NCBI GenBank assembly: GCA_036338595.1
Contig: JAYZBV010000019.1
Span: 1 to 55,549 of the forward strand
DNA: 55,549 nucleotides
Reading direction: 5' to 3'
Origin: Planctomycetota bacterium
GTDB lineage: Bacteria; Planctomycetota; UBA8108; UBA1146
Shown: positions 36,539 through 46,171 of the stretch, one piece after another
Position numbering within the stretch: position 1 is the stretch's first letter
Layout: the number at the start of each line of letters is the position of its first letter
Notes under the pieces: model-generated
What the model saw: only the letters and a program-made list of their open reading frames with translations
Databases searched by the model: none
Told to the model about the DNA's origin: nothing
Program-made: the position numbers and the translations under genes

Positions 36539-37525
36539 TCAGGGGCGTGGGTGATGGCGCGTATGGGCGGCCTTCAACTGCTTGCGATCGACATGAGTAT
36601 AGATCTCTGTCGTGTGAATGCTGGCATGCCCGAGCAGGTGTTGCAGGTGTGGTAGAGCGTCCGCAGGCACGGAATCGGAGCCTTCCCGGATACTGATCTC
36701 TCTCATCTCGGTGTTGTGCTCCAGGATATGTGTGGCGAAGGAGTGACGGAGCAGGTGAGGGTTGACACCTTGTGAGATCCCGGCGAGACGGGCGGCTCGC
36801 GCCAGCAAGGCATATACGCTGCGCCGGTTCAGTTTTCGCCCGGTGGCGGACAGGAACAATTGATCATTGAGGGCGGGAGCGTCCTTCACCAGCTGAGATC
36901 GATACCGTTTCACTGCCAGCGCTGCTCGGTCTCCGATGGGAATCAGTCGTACCTTGTCCCCCTTGCCGACGCAGCGAACGAGTGGATACTTCCCATCGGT
37001 CTGGAAGTCCCTGCGTCGAAGTCCGCACAACTCCGAGACTCGCATTCCCGAACTGTAAAGCAACTGAACGATGGCTCGATCCCTGAGCGCGAACTGAGGA
37101 TGACCTTCCTCCGTCGCATCGATCAGGCGATTCACCTCGTCGAGGGAGAGAATTCGCGGCAGACGCTTCGATTGACGCGGCGAAACCAGCAGATCCGTGG
37201 GGTTTGTCTCGATCAGGTCTTCCTGGACGAGAAAGCGGAAAAACCCCCGGATGGCAGAGATCCGCCGCTGCTGACTGCTGGCACTGGCGCCCTCCTTCAT
37301 CCGCCTCTGCAGATATGCCTGGAGGTGCTGGAGCCTGACCCTGTCAGGGAAGCGGATGCGCTGCTGCCGCAATTCGACGGTGAGGCTGATCAGGTCTCGG
37401 CGGTATGCCGAGAGAGTGTTTTTGGCCAGACCTCGCTCTACGAGCAGGTAATCGAGCCATCTCTGGATCGGTTCCTGTGGCAACTCATCCGTCTTGATGC
37501 CTTGCGAGACGCCGCTTCGTTTCAT
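36539..37525 (-). CDS. xerD: Tyrosine recombinase XerD-like
   Basis: ERGLAKNTLSAYRRDL, LRDRAIVQLLYSSGMRVSEL, GKGDKVR, PHLLRHSFATH, LLGHASIHTTEIYTHV. Confidence 0.85.
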   Translation of the reverse strand: MKRSGVSQGIKTDELPQEPIQRWLDYLLVERGLAKNTLSAYRRDLISLTVELRQQRIRFPDRVRLQHLQAYLQRRMKEGASASSQQRRISAIRGFFRFLVQEDLIETNPTDLLVSPRQSKRLPRILSLDEVNRLIDATEEGHPQFALRDRAIVQLLYSSGMRVSELCGLRRRDFQTDGKYPLVRCVGKGDKVRLIPIGDRAALAVKRYRSQLVKDAPALNDQLFLSATGRKLNRRSVYALLARAARLAGISQGVNPHLLRHSFATHILEHNTEMREISIREGSDSVPADALPHLQHLLGHASIHTTEIYTHVDRKQLKAAHTRHHPRP

Positions 37526-37687
37526 AGAATCCGCTGCCTTTCAGGGGTACCAGATCCCCCTTGAGGATATCCCGGAGTGTTGTTATCGGTCAACAGGACC
37601 AGCGGTGGCGGTCCTGGGCAGGCCGGAGCAGATCTGGGTCGAATCTGCAAGAAGTCACTGCTGTATAGAGAGAAGGCTCAGGAGCCG

Positions 37688-38038
37688 ATGGCCAAGAAGA
37701 AGTACACCAAGCGAGAACTGGAGCCTTTCCGTAAACTGCTGCTCCAGCACAGAAATGTTGTCACGGGTAATCTCACCAGTCTCGACGGCGAGGGTCGAGG
37801 TTCGAGCGGGGATGAGGGAGACCTCAGTTCCGAGAACTTCGAGATCGAGTTGACCCTCTCCACGATGCAGAGCGAGACGAATCTGGTCAACGAGATCGAT
37901 GAGGCACTCAAGCGCATCGAGGACGGATCCTACGGTGTTTGCGAAGACACTGGAGATCTGATCCCCATCCCGCGTCTCGAGGCGGTTCCCTGGACCCGGC
38001 TCTGTGTCACAGCGCAGGAGCGACGGGAGCAGTCCTGA
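37688..38038 (+). CDS. DksA/TraR family RNA polymerase-binding protein, two-Cys type
   Basis: DEGDLS coiled-coil tip; EIDEALKRIEDGSYGVCEDTG.IP..RLEAVPWTRLCVTAQ; ATG 37688 after AGGAG. Confidence 0.88.
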   Translation: MAKKKYTKRELEPFRKLLLQHRNVVTGNLTSLDGEGRGSSGDEGDLSSENFEIELTLSTMQSETNLVNEIDEALKRIEDGSYGVCEDTGDLIPIPRLEAVPWTRLCVTAQERREQS

Positions 38039-38070
38039 ACGCGGGTGGACCTACTCCAGATTCGAAGGGT

Positions 38071-39042
38071 GTGGACCCTTCTCAGGTGCGACTCGATGTG
38101 AAACTACCCTGCCCCTCCGGCTCCGTGGATCTGACGCACCCGGTTCTTCCTGCATCGGGGACCTTCGGCTATGGCGAGGAATTTGAACCGTTCCTTCCTC
38201 CGGGCACCTTCAGTGCCATCGTCCCGAAGTCGATCTCTGTCGAGGCCAGATGCGGCAATCCTCCTCCGAGGGCGGTGGAGACCCCTGCCGGATTGCTCAA
38301 TTCGATAGGTCTGCAAAATCCAGGGCTCGATGCGTTTGTCAGTGATTACCTGCCAACTCTGCAAAAATATGGCGTCCCCGTGCTGGTCAATGTCGTCGGG
38401 CGCACGGTCGAGGATTATTGCACCGTTGTCGAGGCGCTCGAAGGGCAACATCTGGTGGCCGGGTTCGAACTCAACGTCTCCTGTCCTAATGTCAAGGAAG
38501 GACTCCGCTTTGGTCTCGATCCTGAGGCCACGGCAACGCTCATTCGCGCGGTTCGTCCTCTCACCACCGGGGTCCTGATGGCGAAGTTGACTCCCAATGT
38601 GACCGACATCGCCGAGCAAGCACTCGCAGCCGAGGAGGCGGGCGCGGATTCGGTCTCCCTGATCAATACGATCCGTGCGATGGCGGTCGACTGGCGGACT
38701 GGTGAATCCGCGATCGGCACCGAAACCGGCGGCCTTTCCGGTCCTGCGATACGTCCCATCGCCCTCAGGATGACGATGGAGGTTGCTCGGGCCGTCAAGG
38801 TACCCGTCTGTGCCATAGGCGGGATCTGCTCGGCACAGCACATTCTGGAGTTCATCTCGGTCGGCGCATCTCTGGTCCAGGTCGGAACTCACCTCTACAG
38901 GGAACCGACCTGCTTACCTGAAATCCTTCTGGAATTGCGTCATCTGCTCGCTTCTGCAGGAATGGGGTCCCTCGACGATGTGCGGGGGAACTTCCATCAA
39001 CTGCAGGATCGGTTGCCGGATCGGGAGCGACAGGTACCCTGA
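38071..39042 (+). CDS. pyrD: Dihydroorotate dehydrogenase family 1 catalytic subunit
   Basis: ASGTFGYG, LNSIGLQNPG, ELNVSCPNV, KLTPNVTDI, GGLSGPAIRP; GTG 38071. Confidence 0.92.
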   Translation: MDPSQVRLDVKLPCPSGSVDLTHPVLPASGTFGYGEEFEPFLPPGTFSAIVPKSISVEARCGNPPPRAVETPAGLLNSIGLQNPGLDAFVSDYLPTLQKYGVPVLVNVVGRTVEDYCTVVEALEGQHLVAGFELNVSCPNVKEGLRFGLDPEATATLIRAVRPLTTGVLMAKLTPNVTDIAEQALAAEEAGADSVSLINTIRAMAVDWRTGESAIGTETGGLSGPAIRPIALRMTMEVARAVKVPVCAIGGICSAQHILEFISVGASLVQVGTHLYREPTCLPEILLELRHLLASAGMGSLDDVRGNFHQLQDRLPDRERQVP

Positions 39043-39083
39043 CTTGATCGGGGAATGCTCCCCATCGAAAGGGATGTCCAATC

Positions 39084-41705
39084 ATGGGCCTCATCCGTGG
39101 CCTCAAGGCAGCGTTTCACAAGGTCGTACCGACGCGCAATGACAAGATCATTCGCGAGATCCTGCCGCTGGTGGATCAGATCAACGCTCTCGAGCCCCAG
39201 TTCGAGGCCCTCGACGATCAGCAGTTGCGGGCCAAGACGGTCGAGTTCAGGGACCGCCTGGAGGCGGGAACTTCGCTATCCGATCTTCTTCCCGAGGCCT
39301 ACGCCGCCGTTCGAGAGTCTTCGAAGCGGTATCTGAAGACCGGAACCGGTGTTGCGATGCGGCCCTACGATGTCCAGCTGGTGGGTGGCATCGTTCTCAA
39401 TCACGGAGGCATCGCAGAGATGCGTACCGGTGAGGGGAAGACCCTGGTCGCCACCCTTCCCGCCTACCTCAATGCACTGCCCTCCAAGGGTGTTCACATC
39501 GTCACCGTCAATGACTACCTGGCCAAGCGGGATGCAGAATGGATGAAGGTGGTGTACGAGGGGCTGGGCATGAGTGTGGGTGCCATCCAGTCGAACATGA
39601 ACAGCCAGGAGCGAATCGTTCAGTACTCCTGCGACATCACTTACGGCACCAACAACGAGTTCGGATTCGATTATCTGCGCGATAACATGAAAACCAGGCC
39701 AGAGGATCAGTGTCAGAAGCAACGATCCTTCGCCATCGTCGATGAGGTGGATTCGATCCTGATCGATGAGGCGAGGACTCCTCTCATCATCTCCGGACCG
39801 GCTGAGAAATCGACCGAGATCTACTACCAGGCGGATCGCGTGATACGAAAACTGGCCAAGGGAAAGCACTTCGAGGTGAAGGAGAAGGAGCAGCAGGTCT
39901 TGCTCACCGAGGAGGGAATCGAGGCTGCCGAAAAACTGGTGGGTGTCGACTCCTTCTACTCGCCTGCAAACATGCATTGGCCGCATCATCTCGAGCAGTC
40001 GATGAAGGCGCATTTCCTCCATCGCAAGGATGTTGACTATGTCGTCAACGAAGGTGTGGTGGTGATCGTCGACGAGCACACGGGCCGCCTCATGGATGGG
40101 CGGCGCTGGTCAGATGGATTGCATCAGGCTGTCGAGGCCAAGGAAGGCCTCAAGATCAAGGACGAGAATCAGACACTGGCAACGATCACCTTCCAGAACT
40201 TCTTCAGGCTCTACGACAAGATCTCCGGGATGACAGGAACAGCACTCACCGAAGCGGAAGAATTCCGTGAGATCTACGGTCTTGAAGTGGTCGAGATACC
40301 GACCAACAAGCCGATCGACAGGGATGATCTCACCGACATCGTCTACCGAACCACCAAGGAGAAGTGGACTGCCGTCGCCGACAGGATCTGCGTAGAGCAC
40401 GAGACTGGCCGGCCGCTGCTGGTCGGCACCATCTCCATCGAGGACTCGGAGTTACTCTCCGAGCGTCTCAAGCGACGTGGCATCCAGCACAATGTGCTCA
40501 ATGCCAAGCGCCATGCCCGCGAGGCAGAAATCATCGCAGAGGCGGGGCAGATGAACCGCGTCACCATCGCCACCAACATGGCGGGCCGCGGTACCGATAT
40601 CGTGCTCGGAGAAGGCGTCACCGATGTTGGTGGCCTGATGGTGATGGGGTCAGAGCGACACGAATCTCGCCGTATCGACAATCAACTCCGGGGACGCTGC
40701 GGTCGCCAGGGCGATCCAGGGGCGACCTTGTTCTACCTGTCGCTCGAAGATGATCTGATGCGATTGTTTGCCAGTGATCGAGTCTCGGCGATGTTGAAGC
40801 GCTTCGGTATGGACGAGGGTGTAGACATCTCCCATCCGATGGTCACTCGTGCGATAGAGAAGGCCCAGAAGAAGGTCGAGGCGAGGAACTTCGAGATCAG
40901 GAAGAACCTGCTCGAATACGATCAGGTGATGGATAGCCAGAGGAAGGTCATCTATGAGATCCGGGACAGGATTCTTCATAGCCAGGATCTTCTCGGCCTG
41001 GTCGAGGAAAATTTCGATCAGGTGATCGAGTCCTACGCCCTCGGGTTACTCCAGATCGAGGAGCCAGATCAGAAGTGCTCGGACGCACTCAGCGAGCACC
41101 TGGCACACCGATACATGGTGGAGATTCCCGCTTCAACCTTCGAGGATGGAGAGCCTGAGGACTGGGCCAGAGCAGCCACCGAGCGCTGGCTCGAACTTGT
41201 CGGTGAGAAGCGCGAAGCCGCTGGAGCGGAACAGTTCGACAGGCTGCTCCACTATGTGCTTCTTCGTTCAGTCGACGAGAAGTGGAAAGAACACCTTCAT
41301 GCGATGGATCAACTGCGCACCGGCGTAGGATTGGTCGGATACGCTCAGGTCGATCCAAAACTCGAGTACAAGAGAAAAGGCTACACCCTCTTCGCAGCCA
41401 TGCTGGAGATGCTGCGTGAAGAAAGTTCTTCGATCGTTTCCCGGATTCGGATCGAGAAGGTCGACGAATCGGAAGCGCAAAGGGGGCTTGAGCAGACCTG
41501 GAGTGGCCAGTCGGAGGGCGTATCCGCAGATGCTCTGCAACAGCAGTTCCAATCTCACGGTGATCAGATGCAGCAGGGAGTGCAGGGATCACAGAGCTCG
41601 AAATCTGTCGAGACGATTCGAAACGAACAGCCGAAACCTGGGCGAAATGACCCCTGCAACTGCGGATCCGGCAAGAAGTTCAAGCGCTGTTGCGGAAAGC
41701 AGTGA
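39084..41705 (+). CDS. secA: Preprotein translocase subunit SecA
   Basis: EMRTGEGKTL, VDEVDSILIDEARTPLIISG, RRIDNQLRGR; C-terminal SEC-C motif GRNDPCNCGSGKKFKRCC. Confidence 0.97.
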   Translation: MGLIRGLKAAFHKVVPTRNDKIIREILPLVDQINALEPQFEALDDQQLRAKTVEFRDRLEAGTSLSDLLPEAYAAVRESSKRYLKTGTGVAMRPYDVQLVGGIVLNHGGIAEMRTGEGKTLVATLPAYLNALPSKGVHIVTVNDYLAKRDAEWMKVVYEGLGMSVGAIQSNMNSQERIVQYSCDITYGTNNEFGFDYLRDNMKTRPEDQCQKQRSFAIVDEVDSILIDEARTPLIISGPAEKSTEIYYQADRVIRKLAKGKHFEVKEKEQQVLLTEEGIEAAEKLVGVDSFYSPANMHWPHHLEQSMKAHFLHRKDVDYVVNEGVVVIVDEHTGRLMDGRRWSDGLHQAVEAKEGLKIKDENQTLATITFQNFFRLYDKISGMTGTALTEAEEFREIYGLEVVEIPTNKPIDRDDLTDIVYRTTKEKWTAVADRICVEHETGRPLLVGTISIEDSELLSERLKRRGIQHNVLNAKRHAREAEIIAEAGQMNRVTIATNMAGRGTDIVLGEGVTDVGGLMVMGSERHESRRIDNQLRGRCGRQGDPGATLFYLSLEDDLMRLFASDRVSAMLKRFGMDEGVDISHPMVTRAIEKAQKKVEARNFEIRKNLLEYDQVMDSQRKVIYEIRDRILHSQDLLGLVEENFDQVIESYALGLLQIEEPDQKCSDALSEHLAHRYMVEIPASTFEDGEPEDWARAATERWLELVGEKREAAGAEQFDRLLHYVLLRSVDEKWKEHLHAMDQLRTGVGLVGYAQVDPKLEYKRKGYTLFAAMLEMLREESSSIVSRIRIEKVDESEAQRGLEQTWSGQSEGVSADALQQQFQSHGDQMQQGVQGSQSSKSVETIRNEQPKPGRNDPCNCGSGKKFKRCCGKQ

Positions 41706-43096
41706 CCAGGGTGGTGCAGGGACAGCCTGGTGAGAACCAGACCCGATCGGAACCGTACCTGTCCAGCGCCGATGAACTCGCAAGAAGACATCGAGTGAGA
41801 CCACTGGCTGCTGCAGGATGGTGGCTCAGATCGTGTGGATTCTTGCTCGACCTGCCGATGCTGCTCGCCTGGGTGATCCTCTCTCCGTGGGTCCTTTTCC
41901 TCGTTGTCGTTCGAGGTAGGTCGATAGGATCACTGCAAGAGAGATTCGGAAAGTGGCGTATCTCTCTTCCTACACGCGAACGCATCTGGATTCATGCGGC
42001 CAGCGTCGGTGAGGTGAGGGCAGCGGTATCGCTCGTCGACACCCTGAGAAGATCTCGCCCCGGGTCGGAGATGGTGATCTCCACGATGACCACGGGCGCA
42101 CGTGATCTTGCCAGGGACTTATTTGGTGATCACCAGGTGCATCTGTTGCCGCTAGATTTCTCTCCATTTGTCCATGCGGTGCTGAAGAGGCTGCGGCCCG
42201 ATGTATTGATTCTGATTGAGCTGGAGTGGTGGCCGAACCTGTTACTGGCGTGTCGATCTCGTTCGATTCCGGTGGTGGTGGTGAACGGCCGTATCACGAC
42301 GAAAGGACTCGGCAGGCTTCGGATGCTCGGCCCACTGTCGACCTGGATGGCAAGCTGCCCTGAGATGGTCTGCGCACGCAGTGATGATGATGCGAGCCGG
42401 TTTCTGCAACTGGGTGTTGCCCCGGAGCGCATCCGGATAGCTGGTGACATCAAACTGGACTCTCTGTGCGGTCCCGATCCTGCCAGGCGGCGGCTGGAGT
42501 TTGATCGATCCTGCGGTTTGCCCGTCGATCTGTTTCGATGGTGTGCCGGCTGTACGCATCCTGGAGAAGAGGAGGTGTTGCTGGCAGCCCATGTCAAATT
42601 GCTCGATATCTGGCCAGGGAGCCAGTTGTGGATCGGGCCGAGGCATGTCGAGCGGGCAGCAGAGGTGCTGGCACTGGTGCGTCGCTACCGACTCGAAGGT
42701 GCTCTGGAATCGAGCCAGGGTGCAGCCGCATCCCAGGTTGTTGTGATCGATCGCCTGGGTCGGCTCGAAGGTGCCTACCGGATCTCTGATGCGGCATTTG
42801 TCGGCGGCAGCCTGGTGGCGAAAGGGGGCCACAACCTGATCGAACCCGTGGCAGCCGGTTGCTTCACCTGCCACGGTCCCCACGTCGATAATTTCCTCGA
42901 GATGAAGATGCTGCTCCAGCGTCACGATGCGGTTCAGGAGGTGGCCGATGAGAACGATCTGCTGCGGTTACTGAGCCTCTGGGCTTCAGAAGGCCCATCG
43001 AGGCAGCAGCGGCATGAGAGGGTGCGGGAACTCCTGGATGAACTGGGAGGCGCCACCGAGCGCTGCACCGAGCAGCTGGCAGAAGTTCTGATCTGA
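41702..43096 (+). CDS. waaA: 3-deoxy-D-manno-octulosonic acid (Kdo) transferase
   Basis: IWIHAASVGEV, LPLDF, ELEWWPN, VNGRI, PRHVER, AFVGGSL..GGHNLIEP; GTGA overlap with secA. Confidence 0.9.
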   Translation: MTRVVQGQPGENQTRSEPYLSSADELARRHRVRPLAAAGWWLRSCGFLLDLPMLLAWVILSPWVLFLVVVRGRSIGSLQERFGKWRISLPTRERIWIHAASVGEVRAAVSLVDTLRRSRPGSEMVISTMTTGARDLARDLFGDHQVHLLPLDFSPFVHAVLKRLRPDVLILIELEWWPNLLLACRSRSIPVVVVNGRITTKGLGRLRMLGPLSTWMASCPEMVCARSDDDASRFLQLGVAPERIRIAGDIKLDSLCGPDPARRRLEFDRSCGLPVDLFRWCAGCTHPGEEEVLLAAHVKLLDIWPGSQLWIGPRHVERAAEVLALVRRYRLEGALESSQGAAASQVVVIDRLGRLEGAYRISDAAFVGGSLVAKGGHNLIEPVAAGCFTCHGPHVDNFLEMKMLLQRHDAVQEVADENDLLRLLSLWASEGPSRQQRHERVRELLDELGGATERCTEQLAEVLI

Positions 43097-43263
43097 CACC
43101 GATCCTGGTTGGCGTGGTGTTCTGGAGTCGATAGAGTATCTCGATCTGCCGGCCGTCAGATCGACCGTATCCATCGACGGGCGTCGTCAATCGAGTGGAA
43201 CTTGCGAGTAGTTCGGATCGACTGGTGATCTGATCGAATTTCGCAACAAGGAAGGATCCTCGG

Positions 43264-44424
43264 ATGTTGGTCGAGAATGCATTTTTCACCTCTGAGTCTG
43301 TTTCTGAAGGCCACCCCGACAAGATGGCTGACCAAATTTCCGACGCGATTCTCGATGCATATCTCGCTGGTGATCCGCAGAGCCGGGTCGCTTGTGAAAC
43401 GTTGGTGACAACCGGCTTGGTGGTGATTGCTGGTGAGGTGACCAGTCAGGCGACGATAGACATTCCGTGTCTGGTCAGAGGCGTGATCCGAGACATCGGG
43501 TACACCGATTCAGGGATGGGATTCGATGCGGATACATGTTCCGTGATGGTCTCACTCGACAAGCAGAGTCCAGATATTGCCATGGGTGTGGATCGTGATG
43601 GCGCCGGGGACCAGGGGATGATGTTTGGCTACGCCTGTGACGAAACTCCGGAGTTGATGCCGATGGCGATTTTACTTTCGCACAAGATGGTCGCAGAACA
43701 CGCCAAGATCCGGGCAGCGGGTAAGGCTCCATTCTTGCGCCCAGATGCCAAGAGCCAGGTCACGGTGGAATATATAGATGGGGTCCCAAAGCGTATCGAT
43801 GCAGTGGTGTTCTCATCTCAGCATTCAGAAGATGTCAGCAATGAAGAACTGGACGCATTCGTGAAGGAAAACATCATTCGCGCCGTCGTCCCCGCTGAAC
43901 TGCTCGATGACAACACCAAGTACTTCGTCAACCCGACCGGGCGTTTCGTCGTTGGTGGTCCGCAGGGTGATTGCGGCCTGACGGGGCGAAAGATCATCGT
44001 GGATACCTACGGTGGTATGGGGCGTCATGGAGGCGGAGCTTTCAGTGGCAAGGATCCATCCAAGGTCGATCGCTCTGCCTGTTACATGGCACGATTTGTC
44101 GCCAAGAACATCGTCGCCGCTGGTCTGGCCAACAGGTGTGAAGTGCAACTCGCTTACGCCATCGGAGTTGCCGAGCCGATGTCCGTTCTGATCGATTCCT
44201 TCGGTACTGGTACGATCCCGGATAGTGATCTTCAACGACTGGTGAAGACGGTGTTTGATCTGACCCCGAAGGGCATCATCACTTCCCTCGACCTCCGGCG
44301 CCCCATCTATCGCGCCACTGCTGCGCACGGGCACTTTGGTCGTACTGGAGATGGTTTCCCCTGGGAGGGAACCGGCAAGGTTGAAGAACTGAAGGTCGCT
44401 GCTTCACAGGTTGCAGGTAACTGA
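43264..44424 (+). CDS. metK: S-adenosylmethionine synthase
   Basis: [49 protein letters not shown]. Confidence 0.97.
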   Translation: MLVENAFFTSESVSEGHPDKMADQISDAILDAYLAGDPQSRVACETLVTTGLVVIAGEVTSQATIDIPCLVRGVIRDIGYTDSGMGFDADTCSVMVSLDKQSPDIAMGVDRDGAGDQGMMFGYACDETPELMPMAILLSHKMVAEHAKIRAAGKAPFLRPDAKSQVTVEYIDGVPKRIDAVVFSSQHSEDVSNEELDAFVKENIIRAVVPAELLDDNTKYFVNPTGRFVVGGPQGDCGLTGRKIIVDTYGGMGRHGGGAFSGKDPSKVDRSACYMARFVAKNIVAAGLANRCEVQLAYAIGVAEPMSVLIDSFGTGTIPDSDLQRLVKTVFDLTPKGIITSLDLRRPIYRATAAHGHFGRTGDGFPWEGTGKVEELKVAASQVAGN

Positions 44425-44431
44425 CCGCAGT

Positions 44432-45121
44432 TCAGTCGATCAGGCGGTTTTTCTGCAGCCAGTCCTGCAATGAAGAGATGGCGCCATCGCCGAGGCGATG
44501 TCCATCCTGGTGCCAGCAAATCTCGACAGGAGCAGATGCCTTCTCGAGATGGTCAACGGACTGGAGTACCGGTTCGGGGCCAGTCAACGGATCCGCTTTA
44601 TCATGAAGAAATAACATCCTTGGTAGATCGCCTTGCTCGATTTCATCGGTGAGGAACTCGTGCTTGAGCCTGGCAGATGAGATGACGCAGCTTCCGAACA
44701 GCTCTGGATGGCGGCAAGCGACGAATCCAGCCAGGTAGCCTCCCTGGCTGAAGCCGAGCAATACCGTCTTTTCGGGCTTCACACCGCTCTCTTGTTGCAC
44801 CGTCTTCACGATGCCGAGCAGGTCCTTTTCAGACTCGAGAAGGGAAGCGAGAAATTGCTGCTGGTCACCAGTGTAGATGTACCAGGCATGACCCTCGCGG
44901 ATTCCATCGGGTGATCTGACCTCGTGCCGATGAGGGCCATCTGGAGCCACCAGATGGATGCCGCAGCCTTGCAGGGGATTCAACTTCTGAAGGATGCTGG
45001 ATCCGTTCTGGCCAAGACCGTGCAGGGCGATCAGGCACGAGCGTGCATCGCCTTCGGCGCCAGACCATCTCCAGCAGATGTGGCTCCGAAATTCTCTGGA
45101 TCGAAGTTCCTTGTTCTCCAG
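44432..45121 (-). CDS. Alpha/beta hydrolase (phospholipase/carboxylesterase-like)
   Basis: IALHGLGQ, APDGPH, GHAW, LGFSQGG (nucleophile), HDKADP, DGH; start uncertain (CTG 45121 follows GGAGG). Confidence 0.8.
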   Translation of the reverse strand: MENKELRSREFRSHICWRWSGAEGDARSCLIALHGLGQNGSSILQKLNPLQGCGIHLVAPDGPHRHEVRSPDGIREGHAWYIYTGDQQQFLASLLESEKDLLGIVKTVQQESGVKPEKTVLLGFSQGGYLAGFVACRHPELFGSCVISSARLKHEFLTDEIEQGDLPRMLFLHDKADPLTGPEPVLQSVDHLEKASAPVEICWHQDGHRLGDGAISSLQDWLQKNRLID

Positions 45122-45242
45122 AGGGACCTCCCGCTCTCGCTCAGATGCGTACCGAGGATTATAGGGTACGGAGCAGAAAATCGGCACTGCTACGGTGCTC
45201 TGGTCATCGAATGGATGGCGCTCACGGCGGGCTTGATCGCTG

Positions 45243-46076
45243 CTACAGGCAACTTTCGTAGGACTCGCAGCCAATGCCTGCTTCACCCGCTGGGTCTGCA
45301 CCGCAATTCGGGTAGGGGGCACCGGGGGTAGGCCCGGCCAGGAACTGGTGGTTGATCAGGTAGATCACATCTCCGATATCCACCGTGTAGTCGCTATTCG
45401 AGTTTGCAGCTGAACGGCATTGTGGCTCGCTTCCGCCACCGAAGATGTAGCTGATCAGTGAGATCGCATCCGCAAGATTCAGCACTCCGTCGTCATTGGC
45501 ATCTCCTCGAAGAAAAGGAGAAGAGTTCACGAAGCAAACCGTTCCGCCCTGAAGGTCTGGCAGCAAAGAGACACCATCGACGGTCAAGATGTTGTGTATC
45601 ACAGGCTGACCCAGGTTATTGGCGGGCTGGATTGTGGTGCAATATCCAACCAGAGCGTTGTCGGCCGCGGTCTGGAAATGAAACCTCGTGATGGAGGTGT
45701 TGAAGCCAGGTGTCAGGGTCTGCCCTCCAAATGGCGGGCTGAAATCGAAGATGGCAGCGCACGCAGCCCAACCGATTCCCGGCTCGATTTCGTCATTGTT
45801 GGTCGAGGTGAAGAACTCCACCTCGTAAGGAGCCAGCAGCAGTTCGATGTCGAGACCAACTGTGTCCACGGAATCGAATGTGAAGATGGTGGAGTCCCAG
45901 CTCAGGGCGCACTGAAAGCCCTGCACACCGATCGAGTTATCGAGTCTGACGATGAGATCGAGCTGGGAACCGGGGATGGCGATGGCATCGTCTACATGCA
46001 TCAGATCCTGGGAAGAGACCCATCCTGTGAATAACAAGGCGACGGCGAGTGTTGCCGAAAAAATCAAAGCACGCAT
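45243..46076 (-). CDS. Secreted protein: one cohesin-like domain + dockerin-like domain
   Basis: Signal peptide MRALIFSATLAVALLFTGWVSS|Q; VQGFQCALSWD...DFSPPFGGQTL; FLRGDANDDGVLNLADAI...NSNSDYTVDIGDVI. Confidence 0.75.
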   Translation of the reverse strand: MRALIFSATLAVALLFTGWVSSQDLMHVDDAIAIPGSQLDLIVRLDNSIGVQGFQCALSWDSTIFTFDSVDTVGLDIELLLAPYEVEFFTSTNNDEIEPGIGWAACAAIFDFSPPFGGQTLTPGFNTSITRFHFQTAADNALVGYCTTIQPANNLGQPVIHNILTVDGVSLLPDLQGGTVCFVNSSPFLRGDANDDGVLNLADAISLISYIFGGGSEPQCRSAANSNSDYTVDIGDVIYLINHQFLAGPTPGAPYPNCGADPAGEAGIGCESYESCL

Positions 46077-46171
46077 GAATCCTCCAGGGGGCAGAGGCAG
46101 GGTGGTCACTCTGGCCGGGGGTGGTGGCCAGGCTTCCCGGGGTTATTTATCAGAGTTGCGGTTGCCGGGGA

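Noticed and set aside
36539..37525. Tyrosine recombinase as a prophage/island integrase
   Set aside because: XerD-type N-terminus and housekeeping neighbours; no att repeats, tRNA or phage genes
41790..41870. RDD-like motif (AGWWLR..FLLD) at the WaaA N-terminus suggesting a fusion
   Set aside because: Only one TM helix, matching the normal WaaA anchor; the rest of an RDD domain is absent
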